From contig CBFDEM010000011.1 of assembly GCA_965603825.1 (NCBI GenBank), forward strand, positions 682,001 to 746,000: 64,000 nt of DNA. Reading direction: 5' to 3'. Source of the DNA: Blepharisma stoltei ATCC 30299. Its lineage: Eukaryota > Protista > Ciliophora. The translations under genes were made by a program, and so were the position numbers. Positions 10,024 to 21,622 of this stretch are shown here, piece by piece. Position 1 is the stretch's first letter. Each line of letters opens with the position of its first letter. The notes beneath the pieces were generated by a model, which was given only the letters and a program-made list of their open reading frames with translations, was not told where the DNA came from and did not search any database.

Positions 10024-13000
10024 TTAAGCGCCTGTTTTAGTTCTTTTAAGTGAAGAATTCGTAAGCCTTTTATTTTCCTGCCTCAATTTATTGATCCTGT
10101 TTTGGTCATTTCCTTTCAGATGATCAATCAACAAAATAATGTCATTTTTATTAAATTTATCAAGCTTTTTCGATCTGCTGATAAAGTCAAGAGCTTCATC
10201 TCTTTGCTTTTTAATTAATTCGCAATCTGACGCAATCATTTCCATTTTCTTATTCAGAAGTTCATTTTCTTTTTCCATTGTTTCAGTCTCACTCTTCGTG
10301 GCATTATTGACTACTTCTATTGACAATTGTAGCTTGCTGATAGTCATATTTAGTGCTTCTTTTTCCTGGTATCTGTTTCTTTCTCTTTCTTCAACTAAAT
10401 AAGCTAGTCTTTTAAGCTCATCTTTCACCTTGCTTAAATCAGGGTCAAATTCTACGTTGCTTGTAGTATTTTCATTTCTCCAGTTAGAATTAGCATTCTG
10501 CTGGGTCATAATTTCGCTAATTATCCTGCTTTTCTCTTCTAAAAGTGCTTCAAGCTTATGCAGTTTGTCTTGGAGTTCTGCTTTGGCTTGATCATCTTTT
10601 TTATTTGCAAGTGAGGTTAAGCGGTTAACTTCGACACTTAGCTGTCTTTTTTCATTTCTTAAGTAGTCAACGCGCTCTTTGGCAGCTTGTTGGAGGATTT
10701 TGATTTCTAGGTGGCATTGAGAAATTTCTTTTTCATGGATTTCTTTTTGCTTTTGGAGCGTTTGGGTGAGATTTGTGATTTGATCTTGCTGAGAGGCTAA
10801 GTGCTGACTCATGGCATCTTCTAGCTGCCGAAGAGTGTTAAGTTCGTTTGTTAGGGAAGATTTGGTGTTATCTAAATCTCTTCTAGATATTGATCTTTCC
10901 CGGTCTAGCTGGTCTTTAAGAGACTCTATTTCTTCTTTCATTATTTCTATACTTTCACTGTAGCTGCTTTCCAGAATTTTCTGTTTGTTTCCATTGAACT
11001 CCCATGATGATGATTTTGCTCCATCTGCATCTAATTGCTGCTGAAGCTTGATTATTAATTCTTGAAGCCTCTTTCTCTCAATGCTTACCAAACTAAACTC
11101 TTCTTCAATCCTTTTCGCTCTATATTCTTGTCCAACACTAATAGAATCAAACATCCCTCTAAGCCTCTTAATTTCAGCTGCCATTTCTGCCTTTTCTTTT
11201 TCTATTGCTTCTTTCATATTCTCTACCCACTCTTCTTTTTCATTAACCTCAGCCCTCAATAGCTCAAGCTCATTGTTTTCCAAAGTCTCCCCAATGCTTT
11301 TCAATTTTTTCATTGATATTGTTTGAGCATTTAGTGCTTTAAGCTGGTTTTCCATTGACTGCAATAATTTTTGTTGGGCAGCTTGGCGGGTTTCCCATGC
11401 TTTCAAAGCTTCCACATCTTTATTTGCTTTAATATTTTTCAATCTGTCAAGTCTTGAGTATGCTTGCTCCAGCTCATGACTTTTTTTGTCAAGCTGCAAG
11501 TGAGCTTTTTTCATTTCTGATGAATAAAAATCTTCAAGCTTGTTTCTGCTTTCTACTAGACTTTGGTTTTCACCATTTAGCCTGGCAATTTCTAGCTCAA
11601 GCTTTTTTATTTGGTCATTTTGGTCGAAGTCAGCATTTTGCTCCTTTCTAGCATCTATAGTTTCTTCTAGAGTTTTAATCGAAATAAGGTAGTTTACAAT
11701 ATTCTTTTTAGCATGATCTAGCTCTTCTTGAGAGCCCATTAGCTTTTCTTGAAGATCAGAGACTTGCTGCTCAAGTTTTTTATTTTTTAAATTCTCCAGC
11801 TCATTTCTTGTACTTTGTAGCTCAGCTGTAATTCCTGCAATTTCTGTCAAATATTTTTTCTCAGTCAAACTCGACTGTTCTTCAAGCTTCAAAAGCTCTG
11901 CTTTATAGTCTAATTCTGCCTTTAAAAATGCGTTTTGCTGCTTTACCACATCATCTAATAGTGCTTGTGCTGACGAAATAGCGCGGGTTATACTTCTGCG
12001 CTCTGATTGTTTGCTTGATATATACATTTCACGTAAGCTTTGGATTTGTTCATTTTTCCCCTGCAGCTGCTCATGCAAAGTTTTTACTTCAGATCTTAAT
12101 GCAGTATTAACCGACATGACTTCTCCTCCTTCAATGATTTTTTCTTGCTGCATAATGATGTCGTGGCATTTCTCAAGGTCGTGGGATCGTTCACTGACTT
12201 CAGAAATAAAAATATTTTCACGTGCCTCAAATTGGGTTTGCAAATTTTGGATGTCATTTCTAAGGGAGTCAAGCTGGGACTCCAAGATGCTTTCTCGCTT
12301 TTGGCTGATTTCGAGGATTCTTGTATTGGCAGAGCGCAGTCTTTCGACTTCTGATTCTGATTTGTTTTCTTTGAGGTCTGAGGTTGATGTTAAAAGTTTC
12401 AGCCTTTTTTCTAGGTTGTTTCTTTCTTGCTCTAGGGCTTCGATTTGTTTGGCATAAATTTGGAGTTCTGATTCGTTAGCTTTTTTAAGATCATTAAGTT
12501 GAGTTTCCATCATTTTTTCTTTTTCTTTCATAACTTCTTCAATTCTGCTTGTCCCTGACATATAGCTTTTCTTTTCTTTTAGCCAAATATCTTCTCCTTC
12601 ATTTTTCTGCTTGATAAGTCCTCTGATTCGGTCTTCATATTCACTTCTCATTTTTTCTGTTTCCTCTTTTCTTCTTTCTATTTCTTCATTGGCCTTTTCA
12701 AATCTTAGCATGAGCTCATCATAGCTTCTTTTTAAGTCAAAATCGGCCCTTCTGTTGTCTTTTTGAACGACTTGGGTTTTGGCAGTTAAAAAGCTTTTTT
12801 CTTCTTTAAACTTTTTTTCTTTTTCTTCATGCTTCATAGTCAAGTTTCTAATTTCTTGCCTAAGCTTTTCTATTTCTTCAGTCAGCTCTTGCTCTCTATC
12901 TTCACCTGCAGCCTCAAGCCTTTCTATTTCTTTCATTAATTGTATTCTAAGGTCTCCTTCTTTTTGGCTTCCCTTTGTGCTTCTTAAGCGATCACATTCA

Positions 13001-13320
13001 AGCTTTAATAGCTTTATTTCTTCTCTGTAATTATCAGCTTGTCTTTTATATCCTTGCTCTATAATTCTATGCTGGGACTCCAGCTCTCCTTTTTCCTTGA
13101 TCCAGTTCTGCTGGGTCGATAAAGTTAATTTTTGGTTTTTTTCAAGCATGTCGATAAGAAGCTGACGCTCTTCTTTCCAATCTTCAGGGTCTTGAAAAGC
13201 CTGTGAAGTCTGTTTTAAGTCTTGGGATGATTGAGTTTGGTGGAGGGAACTGCGCAGTGACGATAATTCAACAGGCAAAGTTATAGCACGATTAAACTGT
13301 TGTTGTTCAGGTTTGTCCAT
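10024..13320 (-). CDS. large coiled-coil protein of unknown function
   Basis: Uninterrupted 1098-aa E/K/L/Q-rich ORF. Confidence 0.85.
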   Translation of the reverse strand: MDKPEQQQFNRAITLPVELSSLRSSLHQTQSSQDLKQTSQAFQDPEDWKEERQLLIDMLEKNQKLTLSTQQNWIKEKGELESQHRIIEQGYKRQADNYREEIKLLKLECDRLRSTKGSQKEGDLRIQLMKEIERLEAAGEDREQELTEEIEKLRQEIRNLTMKHEEKEKKFKEEKSFLTAKTQVVQKDNRRADFDLKRSYDELMLRFEKANEEIERRKEETEKMRSEYEDRIRGLIKQKNEGEDIWLKEKKSYMSGTSRIEEVMKEKEKMMETQLNDLKKANESELQIYAKQIEALEQERNNLEKRLKLLTSTSDLKENKSESEVERLRSANTRILEISQKRESILESQLDSLRNDIQNLQTQFEARENIFISEVSERSHDLEKCHDIIMQQEKIIEGGEVMSVNTALRSEVKTLHEQLQGKNEQIQSLREMYISSKQSERRSITRAISSAQALLDDVVKQQNAFLKAELDYKAELLKLEEQSSLTEKKYLTEIAGITAELQSTRNELENLKNKKLEQQVSDLQEKLMGSQEELDHAKKNIVNYLISIKTLEETIDARKEQNADFDQNDQIKKLELEIARLNGENQSLVESRNKLEDFYSSEMKKAHLQLDKKSHELEQAYSRLDRLKNIKANKDVEALKAWETRQAAQQKLLQSMENQLKALNAQTISMKKLKSIGETLENNELELLRAEVNEKEEWVENMKEAIEKEKAEMAAEIKRLRGMFDSISVGQEYRAKRIEEEFSLVSIERKRLQELIIKLQQQLDADGAKSSSWEFNGNKQKILESSYSESIEIMKEEIESLKDQLDRERSISRRDLDNTKSSLTNELNTLRQLEDAMSQHLASQQDQITNLTQTLQKQKEIHEKEISQCHLEIKILQQAAKERVDYLRNEKRQLSVEVNRLTSLANKKDDQAKAELQDKLHKLEALLEEKSRIISEIMTQQNANSNWRNENTTSNVEFDPDLSKVKDELKRLAYLVEERERNRYQEKEALNMTISKLQLSIEVVNNATKSETETMEKENELLNKKMEMIASDCELIKKQRDEALDFISRSKKLDKFNKNDIILLIDHLKGNDQNRINKLRQENKRLTNSSLKRTKTGA

Positions 13321-13589
13321 GTTATAATTTTAAAATATTAGCTTTGATGGCATAAATTATAAGAGGTTAAAAAGAGGCTATGAATTTGGCTTGAAAATAT
13401 TTATTTCGAATATTAAGAAAAAGATATAGTCTTAGCCATTACATACAATTCAAAAATAAGATTATTTAAAAATAAATATTAAAGAATCAAAAGCGGTTAA
13501 TGTATCCACTAATAAGATTTTCTTATTAATTTAGACAGTTCAAGAGGCATTTACAAATAAAAGTTAGTTCAAATTGAATTAGTTTAAAA

Positions 13590-16500
13590 ATGGATCCTCG
13601 TCATAAGAAAAAGGAAACACCAAATGCACCGATTACTTCTGAGCTTGTACTCAGATTGTCAGGCCAAGCCAACTTTGAAAGCATATCAAAGCTCTCCTTT
13701 CGGTCCAAATCCAATGCAAAAATAAGGGTAATCCCTATATAGAGAATTGAAGGTTTAGATTTGTGTATAAATCTTCAAGAGCTCGATTTGAGTTATCAAT
13801 TTATTTCCAAAATTGAAAACCTTGATGCTTTAGTAAGGCTAAAAGACTTAAATTTAATGGAAAACAACATAAAGAAAATAGAAAATCTTCATACACTTCG
13901 AGATCTTCAAAGCTTGAATCTTAGCGGCAACCATATTACAGAAATTCCTAAATCAGCGATTGAGCCACTAAAGCAGCTTCGAATTCTCAAGCTGAATAAA
14001 AATAAAATTTCGAAAATTGAAGAATTCGCAAACTTAAATGCCCTTATCAGTTTAGAAGATTTATCTTTAAACGGAAATCCAGCTCTAAACCAGCCAGATT
14101 CTGATTTACATGTAATTTACTATTTGCCTAGCTTGGTAGCTTTAGATGGCAGCAAAATAACGAACGCTACTAAGCAGCAAGCCAGTCGAATGTTTTCAGG
14201 CCCTCCACCTGAGTCATGGGTAGTTAGAGAAAATAAAGTTACTTTTGTGAGAGAACTGAGTGAGGCTCAAGAAGAAAAAAGGGAACTTCAAGAAGAACTT
14301 AAAGGGGTTGAAAGACAAATTGATGGAATAAAAAATGAATTAGAAAATATAGAAGCGGAAATTGGGAAACTTAAGAGGGAATTGGAAAGCATTGAAAGCA
14401 CGCTGCAAGGGGATGCTAATGAAAAAATCAATGTTAAGAAAAGGGAAATGAAACTGCTGCTTAGCAAAGCAGAGAAGCTGAGGGATGAGTCTGAAAATTT
14501 GCAAATGAAAATTGGGAGTGCGAGGGATTTGTCGCAGCAGAAAGAAGAGCAGCTGATGGGGCTGAGAGATGAATTCGATTTTGATGAAAGTGAAAATTCT
14601 CTTGAGAATAATAGACAAAAGCTAGAAAGTGATATATCAGAGCTTGCAGAAATAATTGCAGAGATGGAATATCAATATGAAAATGTCATTCAAGACTTTA
14701 ATGACGCAAATAACCAAATAAGTGCTTTAGAAAGTGAAATAATTGACCTGAAAGAAAGCTCAGGCTATTCTGATTCAACGCCTAGATGAAAAGAAGAACC
14801 TGGAAGATATAGAAAAACCACAGGAGATCTTAAAAGGCCGAGATCTACCAATCCGGACAGAAACTCAAAGACTTTTTCTATCGATAAAGACACTGAAATC
14901 TCCCTATGCCAGAGAAAAGAAGAAATACTAAGCTTGATCCCTGAGCTGGAAATGAAAAAGCAAAGTCTGAAAAATGACTTATCAAAACTCACCAAAAAAA
15001 GAGTTGATTATATTAAAAATATAGAAGAAAAAGAATATTTAATAGAAGATAGGCAGAGAAAAATAGAAGAATGTGACCAACTTCTAACCAAATTCAGTAA
15101 ATCAAGCCCAAGTCCAATAAGATCTACAAACCACGCTAAAAAGATGTGGGAAAGCTTAAAAACACTATGAGGATTAGTAAGTGAAAACCCATGGGACGGA
15201 GAATCAGATGACATTCCTAAAGCCATTATCCGTTGGGCTGAGAACATGAAGGATCATTTATCAAGAAAACTTTCAGGAAATGAGCAATATGTAGAGCTTG
15301 CTGCCTCAAAAAGAATTGATGAAGCTACGATTCAACATTTGACCACAAAATACCAAGAACTTGTCGAAGAGCTAAGCAAAAGGCCAAATATTGAAAAATA
15401 TGAACAAGAAATTTCCAAACTCAGCGCTAAGCTTGACGCTTATAAAGAACAAGAAGAAATTTCAAAAAAAAATAAAATTAAACTAGAAAAAGAGCTTCAG
15501 GATACAAAAGAAAAGTTAACGCAATTAGAAGGCCAATGGTTGCTAAGTGAAAACAGGCTAAAAGAATTCTCAGAAAATGAAGATGTAAAAAATGCTCAGT
15601 CTAAAGTAGAAGAGCTCCTTGAAGAACAAAACCGATTAAAAGAAAAAATTAAACAGCTAGAAGCTGAATATGAGCTGAAAGAAGCCAGTGAAAAAGACAA
15701 GCTTTCCAAAATGAAAGGATATTGTGAGCACAAAGCAGGACAATATCAAAGCTTGATAGAAGACTGCGAAAGAAAAACCAAAGAGCTAGAAAATCTCCAA
15801 GAAAACATCAGAAATCAATCCTTACTAAAAGATGAATTAAATGAAAAAATTGAAATTATCAGAAAAAATAAATATGAGCTGGATTTAGAAGTCCATACTG
15901 CAAGAAGCGAAATAAGAGATCTCAAAACTGTTAGAACTGCTGAAGATGAAAGGGATAGAGCATTAATTGCAATAAGAAAAGTAGCTGATTCATTAGAAGT
16001 TGAATTTAATGCAAATTCTACACCAGATCTTTTTACAGTTGTTAGAGGCATTGAACAAGCTATAGCAGAACTTAATGAAAATATGGAAAAAGTGGAAAGG
16101 TTTAAGGTTAATAAAGAGAAATTCGTAGAAATGTATGAAAGCAACACAAAAGAGCTGCAAGAAGAGTGGGAATCACTCAAGCTAGCAAAAGATCAGATTG
16201 AAAAAGAAAAACTGCAAATTGATATGATAAGGTCTGAAAAACGTACCCTAGATGAGCAAGTTAGACAGCTAAATCAAGCCACTAACGAACTGCAAAAGCT
16301 TAAAGCTAGCTTAGAAAGAGACAACATCAAGCTAGAAGAGCACTCATTTTCACTCAAAGATTCAATCAAATCTTATGAAGACCTCCGAGAAAAAACTCTT
16401 CGGGATTACCAGCACATCCAATCCATCCACGACTCTGAAGCCAAAAAATATGAAGATTTAATGAGTGACATCCAAACTGCCAAAAATCACTATAAGCAGC

Positions 16501-18029
16501 TAAAATCAGACCGAATAGACTCTGAAGCTGAACTAAATAACATAAAATTCCAAGCTGCTAAGCTTGAAGATCGCACAAAAAATTTAGATCTAGAAATCAA
16601 AGAACAAGAAAAATTGCTTCTCAGGCTAAAAAACAAGCAAACTGATGAGCAGGTCGTAGTCTACAGAGAACTAGAAAATATCAAACAACTGATCGCTGAC
16701 AAACAAAAAGAAGTCCATAATTTGCAGTCTTTAATAAATGACTGTTCAGCACAGCTGGCAAGAAAAGAAGAAGATGCGTTATTTATAAAGAAAAAAAATG
16801 AAGCCGATTTACTAGAAAGAGAACTTATAGAATCTGCAATAAAAAATCGGCAGCAAGTAATGAAAGAAATTGAAGGCAAAATCGAGAACGCAGAAACTAC
16901 ATTTAGCAGAATCCAACAAGATGTGGACCTTCTAAGCCAAAATTTCGCCCAGAAAAACCGAAAAATGGCACAATTAGACTCAGATTTAGAACAAAAACAA
17001 AGCGAGTACGAAAGGCTGAAAAATAGACTGGAGACTTCTACACAAGAGCTCAAAGCGTTAGAAGAAATCATAAGGAACAATAAATTAGAGCTCAGATCTA
17101 TTGATGAAACTATCGTCAATAAAAACTATGAAGCTGACACTGTCCTGCACCAGCTGAACCAGAAAAAACAAGAGCTTAATAACACTGAACGAGTGCTAAT
17201 AGAAAAGCAAAACTTGCTTGTAAATGAAGAACAGAGACTTGATGACAGCAAAGACCAAAGACAAACTGAAGAAGAAACTGTCAATGTTCTTAAACAGCAA
17301 GCGCAATCTCTCAGCACCAGAGTAGCCAAACTAACAGAAACCCTTGAAAGGGTTGAAGCTCACAAGCACCAAGTTTTAAACGAAATTGAAATAATTAACC
17401 AAAAAATGAACAAAGAAGAAGCAAAACACAAAAGTGAGCTCGAGCAGCTGCGAAATGCCATAGGTAATGGAGAACAAACACTGAGGCAGCTTATGGAATC
17501 AGTACAGAGGTGTAGAAATAAACTGGCTCACGATAAAGAAGAAGTCCTGCAAATCACGAGCGAAATTGAAAATTTGCATAAGGTAAAAGAAGAAGAGGAA
17601 TCTAAAGGAAAAAATCTGAAAAAAGAGATAGCAAGTTTGCAAAACCAAATTGATAAATTAAAACAAGAAGAAGACACTGCAATGGTTTTACTTGCGCTGA
17701 GTGGACATAGGATTGATGAGAGTGTGAGGCAGAGGATTCATAAACTTTGTCAGTCTGCCCTGGAGCTTGAAAGCGTGAAAGCTCAGCTGGCAGAAATCCA
17801 ACAAAAAGAGTACAGATATAAAAAATCGACCCCAGCGCTGGAAGAGCTAGAAAATACTGCACTTTATAGCCAAAAACAGTCTGAAATTAGACCAATCCAA
17901 ATTTTAGAAGAAACTGCAGGTGGTGAGTATGAAACAGAAGAGGTCAGGAAAATTCTGCATAACCTTGAAGTTACGAGAGAAAGGCTCAGGTCTCTGACCC
18001 CAGCTAACGAGCAATCATATGAACAATAA
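13590..18029 (+). CDS. SDS22-type LRR plus long coiled-coil protein (centriolin/CEP110-like architecture)
   Basis: ATG 13590, intron 13728-13742, LRRs (LQELDLSYQFISKIENL, LKDLNLMENNIKKIENL, LDG cap). Track ORFs 13761, 14934 and 15246 share a frame joined by TGA=Trp. TAA at 18029. Confidence 0.8.
13728..13742 (+). other. 15-nt spliceosomal intron
   Basis: GTAATCCCTATATAG, phase 0. Removal gives KIR-RIEGLDLC in LRR register. Confidence 0.85.
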
Positions 18030-18050
18030 TCTAAACTATTTAATCTAGCT

Positions 18051-19856
18051 TTATCTAACTCCTATCCAATATGTTTTCCCATTCGGATTGTGCAGGCCTG
18101 AAGACTTGTACAGCATACCATCTTTCCACATATTAATAACCCACTCATACCACACTTTTCCGCTCCCACAGCATCTCCATACTGAAATTTCAATTTCTGA
18201 CCCACCAGGACAAAAAATCGGCTCTTTTATTGGAAAATACATAGGAAACCAAGAGCACATATCCTTAGAATGTGTTTCTGGGACTGTGGAGAGTGTTATG
18301 TCTTTATATAATTTTGACTCAAAATAGCCTCCAAAGCCATGGATTGTTAGAGGGGTTGCAACTGGAAATTTAAAAGAAGAAAATCTTGAATAGTTTGAGC
18401 TAGGGGAAGGATAGTTGAATTGAAAACATTTTTGTGTTGTCCATGGGGAGTAAAAATTGTGCAGCATAGAAACATAAGGAGTTTCTGGGACTTTTTCAAC
18501 TGTGATTGCGTTGGTTCAGTTTTTCTGTGAGGATACTGGGGATAAATAGGAAATTGATTCACAAGGTATGCTGATTCCGCCTTCTTTGACTAAGTGTTTT
18601 GCGCATTCTAAGCATTCAGGCTCAAGCTCATTATCTCCGAAGCTTCCAAGCAGTTCGCTAACTAAAATATCAGCTTTTTCTTCTGGTTTTCATTCCCTCA
18701 TATCACTTTCAATTACTTCAATGTTTTCTCCAGCCCAATCAGTGCCTATGTAATTCTTACTTAACAAGTTATAAAGTGTCACAATCGCATTAGGATTTTT
18801 ATCAAGGGCATAAACCTTTATATTTCTTTGAGCTTTTCTTCCTGCTCTTAAAGCAGCAGATGCTATTGGACCTCTGCCAGCTCCAACCACCATAATAATT
18901 CTGTAATTTTCATTATCTTTTAACGCTGAATAAATAGCGTTTTCATATAGAAGGTATTTAACAGTGTCTTTTTCAAAAATATCATAAGTCATGGATTCTA
19001 AATTATGCATCAAAGGCTGCAAAGGGATTTGCAAATTGTCCCAATAGTCTATAGAAAAGGACTGAATTTTATTGAGCTATATAAAAAATACGCGTGGCTG
19101 GTTTTTGAATAAATAGCAAATATACCCTCTTATTTGTTCTGCATCTCTAGCTGAGCCTATTAGCACTGATGCTTTTAGTTTAAATAATTTTTGTATAAAA
19201 ACCTGATGCTCTTTTGGCAAAACTGGAAACCCCTGTTTATTTTTTAGAAAAATGTGTCTGGGGATGTGAACATTCATGATAGGTTCTCCGAATCATCGGT
19301 CTAATATTTTCTCTTCAGGCAGCTCTTTAGTTATTACTAAAGACACTCCAAGCGCAGTCGAGGGTCCTACCATGCATCTCAGCGCATTCCAAATTTCCCA
19401 TTTATCAGCTGGAATTTCCACGTGGACTTTTTGATAATAAAATCCTTTTTCCAAATACTGGTTCAAAATTCTCGCAAAATTCGTGCAATGCAGCTGAGGA
19501 GTTGGCAGTACAATAGCGTTGACTCCTAAATGGACTGCCCAGTCAATCTGTCTTCCCATCTCTTTTTCCCATTTTTCTCTTAATTTCGGGCAGCTTGAGT
19601 CAGGGTTTATATTTGGGTTGCATTTCCCTTGTATACAGTTATTCCATTGGTCACTGGGAAGGCAAAAGTCAGATCTTGTAAATGCATTATTTCTTTTAAT
19701 ATCAGGATGTTGGCTATATCTTGGGTGTGATAAAGGGACTCTGAGGAAATCAAAGCTTTCATTTACAGCTTTTTGCAGCTCTTGTTGGATATTAGCTGGG
19801 TAGTTTGTTTCTTTTCCTACATAAAGCTGCCATGGAAACTCTGGACAGGGAAACAT
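18051..19856 (-). CDS. PRMT5: protein arginine N-methyltransferase 5
   Basis: [53 protein letters not shown]. Joined by TGA=Trp and an intron at 19077-19091. Confidence 0.95.
19077..19091 (-). other. 15-nt spliceosomal intron
   Basis: GTATTTTTTATATAG with in-frame TAG inside PRMT5. Confidence 0.9.
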
Positions 19857-19884
19857 TTTTATGTGAATTATTAGAGGAATTTTC

Positions 19885-21567
19885 TTAATTAAACTCTATA
19901 TGCCGCGAGTCGATTAAACCAGAAGGCAAGAGGTTAATGGCTGCTAAAATGAAACCGTAGTAGATAGGAGATGGGGTGAATGGGGAGGTCTTGAATTCGG
20001 GGTGGTATTGGGTCCCGAGGAAGAATGGGTGGGTTTGCTGAGAAAGCTCAACTACTTCCATTCTGGTATTGGTAGGGTCTTTGCCTGAGAAAATTAGCCC
20101 GGCTTCTTCAAATCTAGTGATATATTGAGGGTTTACTTCAAATCTGTGACGATGCCTTTCCCATACTACAGATGACCCATTATAAAGCCTGTATGCTAAC
20201 GAATCTTGAGTCAAACTTGTAGGCTTTGAGCCTAGTCGCATGGTATGTCCTTTGTTTTCTTTATCAAAATCAGGCATGTCAATTATAACTGGATTCTCTG
20301 TATGCTCATCAACTTCAGTTGAATTAGCACTCAGCCCTAGCACATTTCGTGCATATTCTATAACAGCCATCTGCATTCCTAAGCAAATCCCTAGCATAGG
20401 TTTTTTATTTTCTCTTGCATACTTAACCGTCAATATTTTCCCTTCTGCACCTCTTCCTCCAAATCCTCCGGCCACCAAAACTCCTTGACTTTGATAAACT
20501 TTTTCCCAGTCAGGATGTTCAGGATTTTCTAAATTTTCAGATTCTACCCAAGTAAGGTTCAATTTTCGCTTGCAGGCCATCGCAGCATGGAAAAGAGCTT
20601 TAACAAGCGACATATAGGCGTCTTGGCTTTCTGTGTATTTCCCGACTATTACAATTGTCACTGTTGTGTTGTCTTCTTTGAGTCTCTCCCATAAGCTTAC
20701 ATAACTAATGTATCTTGAAAGGTTTGGAACGCGCCATTCTATATTTAGCTTGTCACAAATTTGTTTAGAAATCCCTTGGCTTTCAAGCTGGACTGGGACC
20801 TTATAGACTGTATTCACATCTTCGCAGCAGAAAACACGATCTGGTCTTGCATTAGTAAATAAAGCGATTTTTTCTTTTGTGGCCATATCTAGCGGGACTT
20901 CGCTTCTGCAGACTATCATATCAGCAATTAGGCCAAGTGATCTTAATTCTTTATTTCCATGCTGCGTCGGTTTTGTTTTCAATTCTCCTGATCCTCGAAG
21001 ATAAGGAACGAAGCTTGTGAAAATCAAGCAAACGTTCTCAAGTCCTACCTTCAAAATAAGCTGTCTTAGAGCTTCAAAATAAGTCGCGCCTTCAATGTCT
21101 CCGACAGTCCCTCCCACTTCTACCAAGCAGATATCAGGCTTTGACTCCTCATTTGTGTCTCTGTCAAAAATAGGCTGCTGGGAAACCCTGAAAATCCAGT
21201 TCTGAATTTCGTCTGTTACGTGAGGCACAACCTGAACAGTTTTCCCGAGATAATCGCCACGCCTTTCTTTTTCTATTATATTTTTGTATATTTTTCCAGT
21301 GGTAATGTTGTGGTCCCAGGTGAGGGTCAGGTTCAAAAACCTCTCGTAATTTCCTAAGTCCAAGTCCACTTCTCCACCATCGTCTAGCACAAATACCTCG
21401 CCGTGCTCATATGGGCTCATTGTTCCTGCATCAATATTTAGATATGGATCAATCTTAATTGCAGTAAGCTTATAGCCGCAGGCTTTTAATATTACTCCAA
21501 TACTACTTACGATGGTGCCTTTGCCAATGCCACTAACAGTTCCACCACAAATTACGAGGTATTTCAT
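19885..21567 (-). CDS. CTPS: CTP synthase
   Basis: GGTVSGIGKG, KIDPYLNIDAGTMSPYEHGEVFV, KTKPTQ, GICLGMQ, RHRHRFEVN, QYHPE. Confidence 0.98.
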   Translation of the reverse strand: MKYLVICGGTVSGIGKGTIVSSIGVILKACGYKLTAIKIDPYLNIDAGTMSPYEHGEVFVLDDGGEVDLDLGNYERFLNLTLTWDHNITTGKIYKNIIEKERRGDYLGKTVQVVPHVTDEIQNWIFRVSQQPIFDRDTNEESKPDICLVEVGGTVGDIEGATYFEALRQLILKVGLENVCLIFTSFVPYLRGSGELKTKPTQHGNKELRSLGLIADMIVCRSEVPLDMATKEKIALFTNARPDRVFCCEDVNTVYKVPVQLESQGISKQICDKLNIEWRVPNLSRYISYVSLWERLKEDNTTVTIVIVGKYTESQDAYMSLVKALFHAAMACKRKLNLTWVESENLENPEHPDWEKVYQSQGVLVAGGFGGRGAEGKILTVKYARENKKPMLGICLGMQMAVIEYARNVLGLSANSTEVDEHTENPVIIDMPDFDKENKGHTMRLGSKPTSLTQDSLAYRLYNGSSVVWERHRHRFEVNPQYITRFEEAGLIFSGKDPTNTRMEVVELSQQTHPFFLGTQYHPEFKTSPFTPSPIYYGFILAAINLLPSGLIDSRHIEFN

Positions 21568-21622
21568 ATTTTATAATAAATATTAATTTTTTTTGTGAAT
21601 TTTAATAAAGTTTCATTATTAG

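Noticed and set aside
6896-17862. Many antisense ORFs rich in S/F/L opposite the coiled-coil genes
   Set aside because: Shadow ORFs produced by E/K-rich codons on the coding strand, with no independent motifs
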